Shown: piece after piece, positions 29,006 through 37,924 of the stretch
Numbering within the stretch: the stretch's first letter is position 1
Layout: the number at the start of each line of letters is the position of its first letter
NCBI GenBank assembly: GCA_026418295.1
Contig: JAOABP010000002.1
Location: forward strand, 26,244 to 90,243
DNA: 64,000 nt
From: a candidate division WOR-3 bacterium
GTDB lineage: Bacteria; Hydrothermota; Tepidihabitantia; Tepidihabitantales; Tepidihabitantaceae
Direction: 5' to 3'
Notes under the pieces: generated by a model
What the model saw: the letters and a program-made list of their open reading frames with translations, nothing else
Database searches by the model: none
What the model was told of the DNA's origin: nothing
Made by a program: the position numbers and the translations under genes

Positions 29006-29782
29006 GTGGTACATTTTCTTCTGTTAGTCGGTATCAACGCATTTGATTTTCTCCTGCTCAGCGGAACTGCCAGCGGTATTGGTGCGGGCACCGGGGTAGC
29101 AGACTGGCAGCAGGCACTGATATACAATCCGGCACAGACGATGCCTTCTGAGAGGGCAGGACTGAGTATAGTCTATGCCTGTCCTTACGGAGTGCCGGGG
29201 TTGAACTGTGTGCGGGTGGGTGCCGGATTCGCTATCAACCGTATAAATCTGAATGTCGGGATGCAGTTTCTGGGAATTGATGGGTATGGAGAGTATGACC
29301 TGGGGGTGGGGCTCGGGCTGGCGATAACAGGAGAAGTGATCACCGGATTTGCGGTCCACGGACTGCTGGTGAGGATGCCGACTGCAGGATGGTTGTTTGT
29401 GCCCGCTTTTGACGGGGGGATTTCATGGTCAATATCCAAGTTCCGTCTGGGAACGGCAGTTCAGAATTTCAACCGGCCCAGGTTTGATAATGGCGATGAG
29501 GTGCAACCCCGGCTGCGCGCCGGGGTTGCCTGGGAGCCGGTGGAACCGCTGCTGCTGGCGGTAGATTTTGGAAAACAGGGTGAAAGCGAGCGGTTACTGG
29601 CGGGGATTGAAATCCGTATTTTTCCCGAATTAAAGGTGCGAGCCGGTATGGAAACCGCACCCTGGTGTATCCGTGCCGGGTTCGGGCTGAAAGTCAAGCG
29701 TTTTGGGGTGGATTACGGGTATCACTACCTGTCGGAGCTGGGGGGAACGCATATTATCGGTGTTAACTACACGTGGAATTAA
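29006..29782 (+). CDS. hypothetical protein, putative outer-membrane beta-barrel
   Basis: Alternating hydrophobic Gly/aromatic-rich strands. C-terminal …IIGVNYTWN. No recognisable family. Confidence 0.4.
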   Translation: MVHFLLLVGINAFDFLLLSGTASGIGAGTGVADWQQALIYNPAQTMPSERAGLSIVYACPYGVPGLNCVRVGAGFAINRINLNVGMQFLGIDGYGEYDLGVGLGLAITGEVITGFAVHGLLVRMPTAGWLFVPAFDGGISWSISKFRLGTAVQNFNRPRFDNGDEVQPRLRAGVAWEPVEPLLLAVDFGKQGESERLLAGIEIRIFPELKVRAGMETAPWCIRAGFGLKVKRFGVDYGYHYLSELGGTHIIGVNYTWN

Positions 29783-31332
29783 TTCTGCTCCTTGTGTGCT
29801 GGGGAATTGTTTCTCAGGAACTGATTCCGGACTGGCCTGTTACTCCAGATGATGATGAAATCTATGAGCTGGTTGAAGACAGTATCGCCGGTGTTGAAAA
29901 ACTGCCGGGCGCGGGGTTGCATAATTACCGTGCAGTCTGGCGTCTGAAGACGGAATCACCTGCGGAAGTACCGTTGTCACTGGGCAGTTTTCTGCGGCTG
30001 CAACTGCAGCGGGAAAATTGTGCCGGGGTTGTTGTCATGGAAAAGGATCCCGGTGAAGCCGGCTGGGCCGATTTCTGGGGTGCTGGCTTGACATTCAGAC
30101 ATAGCCGGTGGCGTTTTACTGCCGGTGATTATATTCTGCACTTTGGCCGGGGACTGATTCTGGCTGGACCCGGGGTTCGTTCCGGTTTCGCTCAGCTGGA
30201 GACGCTCCGTAATGATGTCCTTGCCCGGTCAGCCCAGGAGAATCGTAATTGGCGCGGGCTCAGAGTTGATTACCACACTGGAGGACGGGTTTTATTTACA
30301 TTTGCCGGCAGTTACAGCCGGCGCGATGCTCAACTGAATCCGGATGGCACGGTTGCTAAACTGTTGTTTTCCGGTTATCACCGGGATTCGGCGGCTGTTG
30401 CCGCAAAGGGGAGTATCGGTCAGTTGTTAACCGGGATAATTCTGCAGCTGAAATTGAGTGATGTCTGTCGGGCAGGAGTGGCGGTGAACAGCACCCGTTA
30501 TGACCGGATGCTGGTATCAGAGGATAGTTTTTATTCATTTTCCGGACAGAATCTGGCCGCAGGCAGTGTCTTTTGTGCGCTCGGCAGCTCCCGGCGCGGC
30601 GGCGAGATTGAGTTTGCCCGTTCCATTCCCGGCGGATTTGCCGGTGCCGTCCGGGTCAATCTCTCCGAGCAGGGCTGGAATGTGGTGCTTAACGGCCTTT
30701 TAACCGGTGAGCGGTTTTTCTCACCGGCAGGACGCAGCCCCGTACTGACAAACCGGAAGGCGAGAGGTCAGCTTACCGGCCGCCTGGGCTGGAAAAACAG
30801 AGGTCTGACTCTGCAGGTGGGCGGGAATACCTATTATGACTATCTGATGGATTCGATTCCTGCCCGGCTTGAGATTGCTGCGGGATACGAGTTCGGGAGA
30901 TTTGGATTTGATATTAAAACCGCGAGAAAGTTCCGTCAGGAACAGGAACGCTTCCGTGAGACCCGCATTGAGCTGAGGTTGGAGATGCGTCAACTTGGGG
31001 TGTCTGTATACGGTGGTGATGCATATCATGATAATTCAGTTTCCTCCGCCCGCGTCGCCGGTATCAACCTGAAATTGAAGCTGAACCCGGTGGATCTGCG
31101 ACTTGCCGGTGCAATTGGTTCAGTTCGTGGCACTGGAATTGCATTTGGAGTTCCTGATCCCGGTGTGACATACACAGAGGCAAGTTATAATTTTCGTTCC
31201 TCTGCAACGAGGCTTGCACTGGCGGCGGGAATAAAGCTGGGCAGAACGGTGAGGCTGGCAATCAAGTTGGGAATGACACATTACCGATGCTGGGATCAGG
31301 ATTGGGCAATGCAGCTGGAATTACTGAATTAG
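29773..31332 (+). CDS. hypothetical protein, putative outer-membrane beta-barrel/secreted
   Basis: Overlaps the previous CDS by 10 nt. Long Gly/Arg/aromatic-rich amphipathic pattern. No recognisable family. Confidence 0.4.
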   Translation: MELILLLVCWGIVSQELIPDWPVTPDDDEIYELVEDSIAGVEKLPGAGLHNYRAVWRLKTESPAEVPLSLGSFLRLQLQRENCAGVVVMEKDPGEAGWADFWGAGLTFRHSRWRFTAGDYILHFGRGLILAGPGVRSGFAQLETLRNDVLARSAQENRNWRGLRVDYHTGGRVLFTFAGSYSRRDAQLNPDGTVAKLLFSGYHRDSAAVAAKGSIGQLLTGIILQLKLSDVCRAGVAVNSTRYDRMLVSEDSFYSFSGQNLAAGSVFCALGSSRRGGEIEFARSIPGGFAGAVRVNLSEQGWNVVLNGLLTGERFFSPAGRSPVLTNRKARGQLTGRLGWKNRGLTLQVGGNTYYDYLMDSIPARLEIAAGYEFGRFGFDIKTARKFRQEQERFRETRIELRLEMRQLGVSVYGGDAYHDNSVSSARVAGINLKLKLNPVDLRLAGAIGSVRGTGIAFGVPDPGVTYTEASYNFRSSATRLALAAGIKLGRTVRLAIKLGMTHYRCWDQDWAMQLELLN

Positions 31333-31333
31333 G

Positions 31334-32170
31334 ATGCTGGATTATCATATTCATCCCGATTTTTCCCCTGATGCACAGGGCAGTATCGAGCAGTTCTGCA
31401 GGCGAGCGGTAGCGATCGGGATGCAGGAAATCTGTTTTACCACTCATTATGAGCCGGACCCTGTAAGGGCAGGGATCGAGCGGGTCATTGTTCAGGGTAA
31501 TCCGGTGGCGGTTGATTCTGACTGGCCCGAACGCTACCTGGAGGAGATTGAACGGTGTCGCCGGCGGTTTCCAGAGTTGACAATTGTCTCGGGCGTAGAG
31601 GTTGGCTATGAACTGGGACTGGAGGGGAAAATTGCCAATTTTCTCAGCCGCTACCGGTTTGATTTTGTCCTGGGGGCAGTACACTGTCTCGATCATGTTG
31701 CGATTACATCGCGGAAGGAACTTGATGATTTCCAGAGTCATTTGAAACCCCTGGGTGCCGGATATCTTGCCCGGCGCTATTTTGAATATGTCCGGGCAGC
31801 TGCCGGTTCCCGATTGTTTGACTGCCTGGCACATCTTGATATCTGGAGAAAATATATCAGTTCCGGGATCGGCGCTGAATTTGAACCTGCGATTCAACCG
31901 TGGATCACTCCGATGCTGGAAACGATTGTCCGGAGCGGTGTGGGGCTGGAAATTAACACCTCAGCATTGCGGCGGGGAGATCGTGAACCTTATCCGGCAG
32001 CGGCGATTGTGTTGCAAGCAGTAAAGCTGGGAGTCCGGGTATTTACCATTGGTTCGGACGCGCACCGTCCGCAGGAGCTGGGCGAGGGCATAGACTGCGC
32101 TTATCAGCTGCTGAAACGTTTCGGAATGAAGCCAGCACGGTTTCGTGACCGGCGGCCAATTTGTGGTTAG
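31334..32170 (+). CDS. histidinol-phosphatase family PHP-domain protein
   Basis: MLDYHIHPDFSPDA…CFTTHYE…AHLD…GSDAHRP metal-binding His/Asp pattern of the PHP (HisJ/HisK) family. Confidence 0.75.
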   Translation: MLDYHIHPDFSPDAQGSIEQFCRRAVAIGMQEICFTTHYEPDPVRAGIERVIVQGNPVAVDSDWPERYLEEIERCRRRFPELTIVSGVEVGYELGLEGKIANFLSRYRFDFVLGAVHCLDHVAITSRKELDDFQSHLKPLGAGYLARRYFEYVRAAAGSRLFDCLAHLDIWRKYISSGIGAEFEPAIQPWITPMLETIVRSGVGLEINTSALRRGDREPYPAAAIVLQAVKLGVRVFTIGSDAHRPQELGEGIDCAYQLLKRFGMKPARFRDRRPICG

Positions 32171-32240
32171 TTAATCGATTTTGATCTTGCTCGGTATGAC
32201 ATCCGGCTTGATTTGAAGGTGGTGCAGCCTAAAATTTAGT

Positions 32241-33320
32241 ATGCGCCGGGGTGTTGTTGATCTGCCGCTACATTCTGGCCACGCTCCGGGCTGGCTGTTT
32301 GAGCGCATGAAACGGCTGGTGCGCAGCGTGGCGGAGGTGATCGTATTTGAGTTCGGGACGCTTGAGCTTCTGCGTCGCCTTTCTGATCCGGTGTGGTTTC
32401 AGAGTCTGGGATGTGTAGCCGGTTTTGACTGGCATTCGAGTGGATTGACAACAACGGTGTGTGGCGCACTGAAGGAGGGGATCCGAGGAATGGAGCGGGA
32501 GCTGGGAATATTTGTCTGCGGCGGCAAGGGGCGGGCATCACGCCGGACCCCGGAGGAGATCGAGTTTTTTGCTGAGCAGTTCAGCCTCGATGGTGATAAA
32601 CTGATTCAGACCAGCCGACTGGTAGCCAAGGTTGACAGCAGTGCCCTGCAGGACGGGTTTCAGATTTACCATCATCTTTTTATCGGGACAATTAATGGAA
32701 ATTGGGCGGTGATCCAGCAGGGAATGAATGAGGTAACGGGCTGGGCACGACGCTACCACTGGTTTTCAGAAGGAATGGAAAGTTTTGTCGTCGAACCTCA
32801 TACCGGCATTGCCGGACCCGCCGGTGGCACGGTGCTAAATCTGACCGCACGCGAGGCAGAATCTGCCCGGGAAACAGCGACGTTTATTGCCCGGCAATTT
32901 CCCGCCAAGACGATTAAAGAATTCACGCAGATAAGACTGCCAGCCCAGCATCCAGTTTCGATCCAGGATATTTCGCCCAATTATCTTAAAAAGGTGCTGA
33001 TAAAAACTTACGAACAACCTCCGGCCGATTTTGCCTCACTCCTGCTGGTTCCGGGTGTGGGTCCGAAGACCGTCCGGGCGCTGGCACTGGTTGCCGATGT
33101 GATTTACGGTGCACCGCTTTCCTTCCGGGATCCGGTAACCTATACCTTTGCTCACGGTGGTAAGGATGGTTATCCCTATCCTGTGAACCGGAGTGAATAT
33201 GATCGGTCTCTTTCATTTCTGGAGAAGGGAATAAAGGAAGCACGAATCGGGCGCCGGGAAAAGCTGGAGGCACTGCAAAGGCTGGAGCGGTGGTCAAGGA
33301 TGCTGGTGAAGACGATATGA
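32241..33320 (+). CDS. hypothetical protein (DUF763-like)
   Basis: No catalytic motif recognised. Family assignment tentative, from recollection of the N-terminal VDLPLHSGHAPGWLFERM… pattern. Confidence 0.4.
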   Translation: MRRGVVDLPLHSGHAPGWLFERMKRLVRSVAEVIVFEFGTLELLRRLSDPVWFQSLGCVAGFDWHSSGLTTTVCGALKEGIRGMERELGIFVCGGKGRASRRTPEEIEFFAEQFSLDGDKLIQTSRLVAKVDSSALQDGFQIYHHLFIGTINGNWAVIQQGMNEVTGWARRYHWFSEGMESFVVEPHTGIAGPAGGTVLNLTAREAESARETATFIARQFPAKTIKEFTQIRLPAQHPVSIQDISPNYLKKVLIKTYEQPPADFASLLLVPGVGPKTVRALALVADVIYGAPLSFRDPVTYTFAHGGKDGYPYPVNRSEYDRSLSFLEKGIKEARIGRREKLEALQRLERWSRMLVKTI

Positions 33321-34261
33321 AGGGGGTTCGAAAGCTTTTTCCGGAGGAGTTCTGCCGCCGGTATGAACAGTTTATACCCGATTTCGATCTGTTTCTGGAG
33401 GCGATGCTTACACCATTACCCAAGGTTTTCCGTATCAACACACTTAAGGCGGAACCGGAGGAGGTGATGCCATTACTCGCAGAACTTGATCCTGAGCCCC
33501 TGTCTTACCTGCGGTTTGCATACACGGTCAAGAATGGCCGAGGTTTGGGGAGACAGCTGGCGCATTTTCTGGGTTTGATTTACATTCAGGAAGCGGCATC
33601 AATGATTCCACCGGTGGTTCTTGATCCTCAGCCCGGGGACAAGGTCCTGGATCTGGCAGCTGCTCCGGGATCAAAGACCACACAGATGGCGGCGTTGATG
33701 AGGAATCGGGGACTGATTATTGCCAATGATCTCTCTCTTGAACGGCTTCGGGGGCTGATTGGAAACGTTGACCGTATGGGCTGCCTTAATGTTGTGGTCT
33801 GTCGGGCGGACGGAATTGTACTCGGCCGGAAGCTTGCCGCCAGTTGCGACCGTGTACTGGTAGATGCACCATGTTCGTCTGAAGGAACAATCAGAAAGAC
33901 CGAGGAGGCTCTGCGACGCTGGTCGGTACGCGGGATTGCAAATTTCAGCCGGGTACAGAAAGGGTTGATTTGTGCTGGCTATCAGGCCTTGAGACCCGGC
34001 GGCCAGATGGTCTATTCGACCTGCACAATCGCACCGGAGGAAAATGAAGCGGTAGTTGCCTATCTGCTGAAGAGATTTCCCGAAGCCGAAATTCTGCCAG
34101 TAGAGCTGGATAATTTCGTCATGAGACCGGCATTGACAGAATGGGAGGGAGACACTTTTCCATCGGCAATAAGACGGTGTCGCCGGATTCTCCCTCAGGA
34201 TAATAATACCGAGGCGTTCTTCGTTGCGTTAATCAGAAAACCTGATGATGTCACCAGTTGA
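33317..34261 (+). CDS. RsmB/NOP2/Sun-family RNA (cytosine-C5) methyltransferase
   Basis: SAM motif LDLAAAPGSKT. Catalytic DAPCSSEGT and TCT(I) Cys motifs. ATGA overlap with the upstream gene. Confidence 0.85.
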   Translation: MKGVRKLFPEEFCRRYEQFIPDFDLFLEAMLTPLPKVFRINTLKAEPEEVMPLLAELDPEPLSYLRFAYTVKNGRGLGRQLAHFLGLIYIQEAASMIPPVVLDPQPGDKVLDLAAAPGSKTTQMAALMRNRGLIIANDLSLERLRGLIGNVDRMGCLNVVVCRADGIVLGRKLAASCDRVLVDAPCSSEGTIRKTEEALRRWSVRGIANFSRVQKGLICAGYQALRPGGQMVYSTCTIAPEENEAVVAYLLKRFPEAEILPVELDNFVMRPALTEWEGDTFPSAIRRCRRILPQDNNTEAFFVALIRKPDDVTS

Positions 34262-34658
34262 GTTTCTGCGCAACCGGTTCGGTCTTCCGGAAGAATGGCT
34301 CCAGGGGCTTGAAACCATTACGGAGCAGGCAACAGTTTTCATCGGGACACCGGAAGTAATCAGGTTTAACGCAGTGAAGCCGCTGCGGCGGGGTCTGCGT
34401 CTGTGCCGGATTTTCCCGCATTCCATCAAGCCAACAACATTTGCGATGCAGCTTCTCGGCCGGGAAGCGACTGCCAACCAGATCGAAGTTGACGAACAAC
34501 AGGCAAAACAGCTGATCAATGGCGGAACTGTAGAGATCGCTGCCGATGTGGAAAACGGTTTTGTGCTCATCAGCTGGCGCAGTTTTATCATCGGTGTCGG
34601 TATCTACAAGCGGCCGGTGCTGAAATCCTGTATCCCCAGATTCAGACCGGTGGACTGA
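34245..34658 (+). CDS. hypothetical protein; possibly the detached C-terminal domain of an RsmF-type methyltransferase
   Basis: Overlaps the methyltransferase CDS by 17 nt in another frame. No independent motif. Confidence 0.4.
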   Translation: MMSPVEFLRNRFGLPEEWLQGLETITEQATVFIGTPEVIRFNAVKPLRRGLRLCRIFPHSIKPTTFAMQLLGREATANQIEVDEQQAKQLINGGTVEIAADVENGFVLISWRSFIIGVGIYKRPVLKSCIPRFRPVD

Positions 34659-35229
34659 GCCAGTTGCCCTGGCGCAGAAGTTCATAAAGCATGACCGCAG
34701 CAGCAGTGGCAACATTGAGTGAGTTCTTAAAGCCGAACACCGGTATTTCTACTAATTCGTCGCAGAGCTGCAGCGCCGCCTGAGACACGCCAAGCGCTTC
34801 ATTGCCCAGGACGACTGCTACTGGAAAATAATAGGTTACTGCATAGTACGGTTTGGCACCGACAACGGTTTCCAGCCCGATGATCTGTACTTGCTTTAGT
34901 TTCAATTCGTGCAGTGCGTCCGTGATGGAATCATAGTGGCAGGTGGGAACGGTGTTAGTGGTCCCCAGTGCGGTTTGCGCCAGCTTCCGATGCGGCGGAT
35001 GGGCAGTGTAACCACAGGTAATTACCATCTGGGCGCGGGTGGCATCTGCAAGTCGGAAAATAGCTCCGACATTAAAGGCGCTGCGGAGATTATCAAGAAC
35101 AATGTAAACCGGGTGGCGGGGTAAACGCAGAAACTCTTCCTGAGGCAGATTGGAATCCCGGGAGCGAACTTCGTAGAATGTTTCGATTCCGTCGGGGGCA
35201 GGCAGATGTTTGGGGTGTTTATGTTTCAC
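34642..35229 (-). CDS. TrmH/SpoU-family RNA 2'-O-methyltransferase
   Basis: VLDNLRSAFNVGAIFRLADA…VVLGNEALGVS…NSLNVATAAAVMLYE. Confidence 0.85.
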   Translation of the reverse strand: MKHKHPKHLPAPDGIETFYEVRSRDSNLPQEEFLRLPRHPVYIVLDNLRSAFNVGAIFRLADATRAQMVITCGYTAHPPHRKLAQTALGTTNTVPTCHYDSITDALHELKLKQVQIIGLETVVGAKPYYAVTYYFPVAVVLGNEALGVSQAALQLCDELVEIPVFGFKNSLNVATAAAVMLYELLRQGNWLSPPV

Positions 35230-35848
35230 TGGCGGTTTCCTTCTTCATTTGTTCGTTAACAGCTCTGATGCGTTCGAAAGCTGTGCGCAGAGTTTTCCCT
35301 GAGGCAATAGCACCATGACCGCACCAGATGACTACGCGGGCGTATCGGAATGCCTTAGCGGTGGCACGGGCAAGTTCTCTTGAACCGGCAGGAAAGAAGG
35401 GAATTGCGGATACTGCGAGCGTGCGCTGCCGTTTTAAAACCGAAATCACTGCGTCAGGAGTATGTTCAAGAGAAAATCGGATTATCGTTCCGGGGTGGGA
35501 ATGGAGTATCCATTTTTCCTGAGGGCGATACCGAGCGATAATCCGCTGGGAGAGAATGTGAGCGCAGATTTCTTCAGTGGGCAGCGCATCTGCGGGTTTG
35601 ACGGTGAAACGGCAGCCAGTGTGGGCGGGATAGACAAGACAAAGATAGGGGAGAGGATTGTGGTAAATCTGTTTCATACGAGCACCAGAAATTTTGGTCA
35701 GTAACATTTGTCCCAGACGCAGCGAAAAATTGCCGGCATGAGATGGCGCCCATTTCAGGCGGTGAAGCAGACCGGCAACTTCTGATATCTGCCGGATAGC
35801 AGAAAGATTAATACTCCCATTAATCAGATGATTGACTAAATTCACCAA
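35219..35848 (-). CDS. class II aldolase/adducin-family protein
   Basis: WAPSHAGNFSLR, metal-binding His pattern HSHP…HGAIASG. Confidence 0.65.
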   Translation of the reverse strand: MVNLVNHLINGSINLSAIRQISEVAGLLHRLKWAPSHAGNFSLRLGQMLLTKISGARMKQIYHNPLPYLCLVYPAHTGCRFTVKPADALPTEEICAHILSQRIIARYRPQEKWILHSHPGTIIRFSLEHTPDAVISVLKRQRTLAVSAIPFFPAGSRELARATAKAFRYARVVIWCGHGAIASGKTLRTAFERIRAVNEQMKKETASET

Positions 35849-35938
35849 TTAATATGATGTTAAATTTTTAAGGCAGATGGTCAAGATTGAATGCCGGCAC
35901 GGCGTTGACTTGAAATGGTCAGACGTTAGTTTCTTGAT

Positions 35939-37009
35939 ATGCGCGTGCTGATAACTGCGGGGGAAAAATCAGGGTTTGTGCTCGCAGATCTGCTCAGCAA
36001 AAAAATCAGAGATATAAGCAGTGAGATTGAAATTTGCTATCTTGATCTTACTGATGTAGCCGGTGATGCCTTTGGATTCACTCCCAAGATACTGCCGAAA
36101 TTGCTTCAGGGGCGAAGGTTGCTTAAGCGTTTGCTCTCTTCTGCCCTTAATTGCCAGCCGGATCTGGCAGTGCTGATTTCCATGCCGACTGTTAATTTGC
36201 ATTTAGGGAAGAAATTGCGGGCAACAGGGCTAACGACAGTTTTTATCGCGCCACCGCAATGCTGGGCTTGGGGTGAATGGCGGGTGAGATTGCTGAAGCA
36301 GGCTGCAGATCAGGTAATATGTTTATTCAGTTTTGAAGAACATTTTTTCCGGCAGGCTGGTATACGAGCAGTTTATTTCGGTTATCCGTTCTACGACGCG
36401 TTGCAGTTGGAGATGAGCAGAAGGGAGGTGTATGAAATGCTGGGGATTCCGGAAGACGAAGAATATATCGTTTTACTGCCGGGAACAAGAAAGGATGAAA
36501 TAGATTTTCATCAACTGCTCTTTATCCGCGTATTTCAGCATTTACAAATGAGACATCCGAGGCTTCATGGTGTCATTGTTGGGGGTAAGGAAAGCGTATT
36601 GCCACCGGGTGTAGTGCAGGTCGGATTGCAACACCGTTATGATGTCTTTTCTTGGGCACGGGCAGCACTGACAGTATCGGGGACAGTCACAGCAGAACTG
36701 GCGATTCTGGGAATTCCGATGGTGGTGTCTTATCACCTGGAGCCGGTGAGCAGGTTTCTCGTCCGGATTTTCGTCCGAACCCCCTATTTTGCACTGCCCA
36801 ATATCATTGCAGGGGAGGCAGCTGTTCCGGAGTATCTTAACCCGGATCAGAAACAGTTGATCAGTCAGATTTCTAGACTGCTTGATGAATGCGATTATCG
36901 TCAGACAGTAATTGCAAAGCTGGGGGCAGTCAGAAGGAAACTTGAACCTGCAGGTGCTACCGAGCAGATCGCCCGGCTGATTGTCGGTCTGCTATCGGGG
37001 AAATCCTGA
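35939..37009 (+). CDS. lpxB: lipid-A-disaccharide synthase
   Basis: MRVLITAGEKSG N-terminus. LLPGTRKDEI (LLPGSR-like motif). ALPNIIAGEAAVPEYL near the C-terminus. Confidence 0.85.
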   Translation: MRVLITAGEKSGFVLADLLSKKIRDISSEIEICYLDLTDVAGDAFGFTPKILPKLLQGRRLLKRLLSSALNCQPDLAVLISMPTVNLHLGKKLRATGLTTVFIAPPQCWAWGEWRVRLLKQAADQVICLFSFEEHFFRQAGIRAVYFGYPFYDALQLEMSRREVYEMLGIPEDEEYIVLLPGTRKDEIDFHQLLFIRVFQHLQMRHPRLHGVIVGGKESVLPPGVVQVGLQHRYDVFSWARAALTVSGTVTAELAILGIPMVVSYHLEPVSRFLVRIFVRTPYFALPNIIAGEAAVPEYLNPDQKQLISQISRLLDECDYRQTVIAKLGAVRRKLEPAGATEQIARLIVGLLSGKS

Positions 37010-37045
37010 GGAGTTGTTTGACATTACTTTGGTTATCAGTAGTTA

Positions 37046-37924
37046 TTGTGTGTTATGCTCAAGCACATTGTTAAATCAATGCGTCCGAAGCAGTGGGTTA
37101 AGAACCTGCTGGTTTTTGCGGCGCTGATCTTTTCTGAAAATCTGCTTGCCTGGGATAAGTTGGTGCGGACCGCAGCTGCCTTTATATTCTTCTGTCTTGT
37201 ATCTGGTGCAGTCTATGTCATTAATGATGTTGTTGACCGGGAAAACGACCGTACTCATCCCAAGAAGCGACTCCGGCCAATCGCTGCCGGAGAATTGCCA
37301 GTTCTGCCCGCACTGGTGGCGGCGGTGCTGGCGGTTGGAGCCGGTATCGGGGGAGGTTTTTACCTGAATTGGCGGTTCGGGCTGGTGATTGCTATTTATT
37401 TTTTACTACAGCTGGGATACTCATTCGTACTCAAGAAAATTGTAGTGCTGGATGTGATGGTGGTGGCAGCCGGGTTTGCCTTGCGGGCAATTTCTGGTAC
37501 TTATGTGATTGCAGTTCAGATTTCTCCCTGGCTTTTTGTCTGTACTATTCTCCTTGCTCTTTTTCTGGCCCTTGCCAAGAGACGGCACGAACTGCTCTTT
37601 CTTGAAGGCGGAGGAATTTCCCACCGCAGTGTGCTGGGCAAGTATTCCGAGACGCTTTTGGATCAGATGATTGCCGTGGCAACTTCAGCCACGGTAATTA
37701 CCTACTGTCTTTATACCATTGCACCCGAAACCGTGCACAAATTCGGAACACACAATTTGATTCTGACAATGCCATTTGTGCTCTATGGAATTTACCGGTA
37801 CCTGTATCTGGTTTACCGGCGGGAAGAAGGAGGGGCACCGGAGAAGGTGCTTTTTACCGATCTGCCACTGATCATTGATGTGTTTTTGTGGATGATAAGT
37901 GTGGTGCTGATCCTTTATTTCTGA
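37046..37924 (+). CDS. UbiA-superfamily prenyltransferase, decaprenyl-phosphate phosphoribosyltransferase (DPPR synthase)-like
   Basis: MRPKQWVKNLLV…YVINDVVDRENDRTHPKKRLRPIAAG…LAKRRHEL aligns motif-for-motif with Rv3806c-type enzymes. Multi-TM. Confidence 0.8.
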   Translation: MCVMLKHIVKSMRPKQWVKNLLVFAALIFSENLLAWDKLVRTAAAFIFFCLVSGAVYVINDVVDRENDRTHPKKRLRPIAAGELPVLPALVAAVLAVGAGIGGGFYLNWRFGLVIAIYFLLQLGYSFVLKKIVVLDVMVVAAGFALRAISGTYVIAVQISPWLFVCTILLALFLALAKRRHELLFLEGGGISHRSVLGKYSETLLDQMIAVATSATVITYCLYTIAPETVHKFGTHNLILTMPFVLYGIYRYLYLVYRREEGGAPEKVLFTDLPLIIDVFLWMISVVLILYF

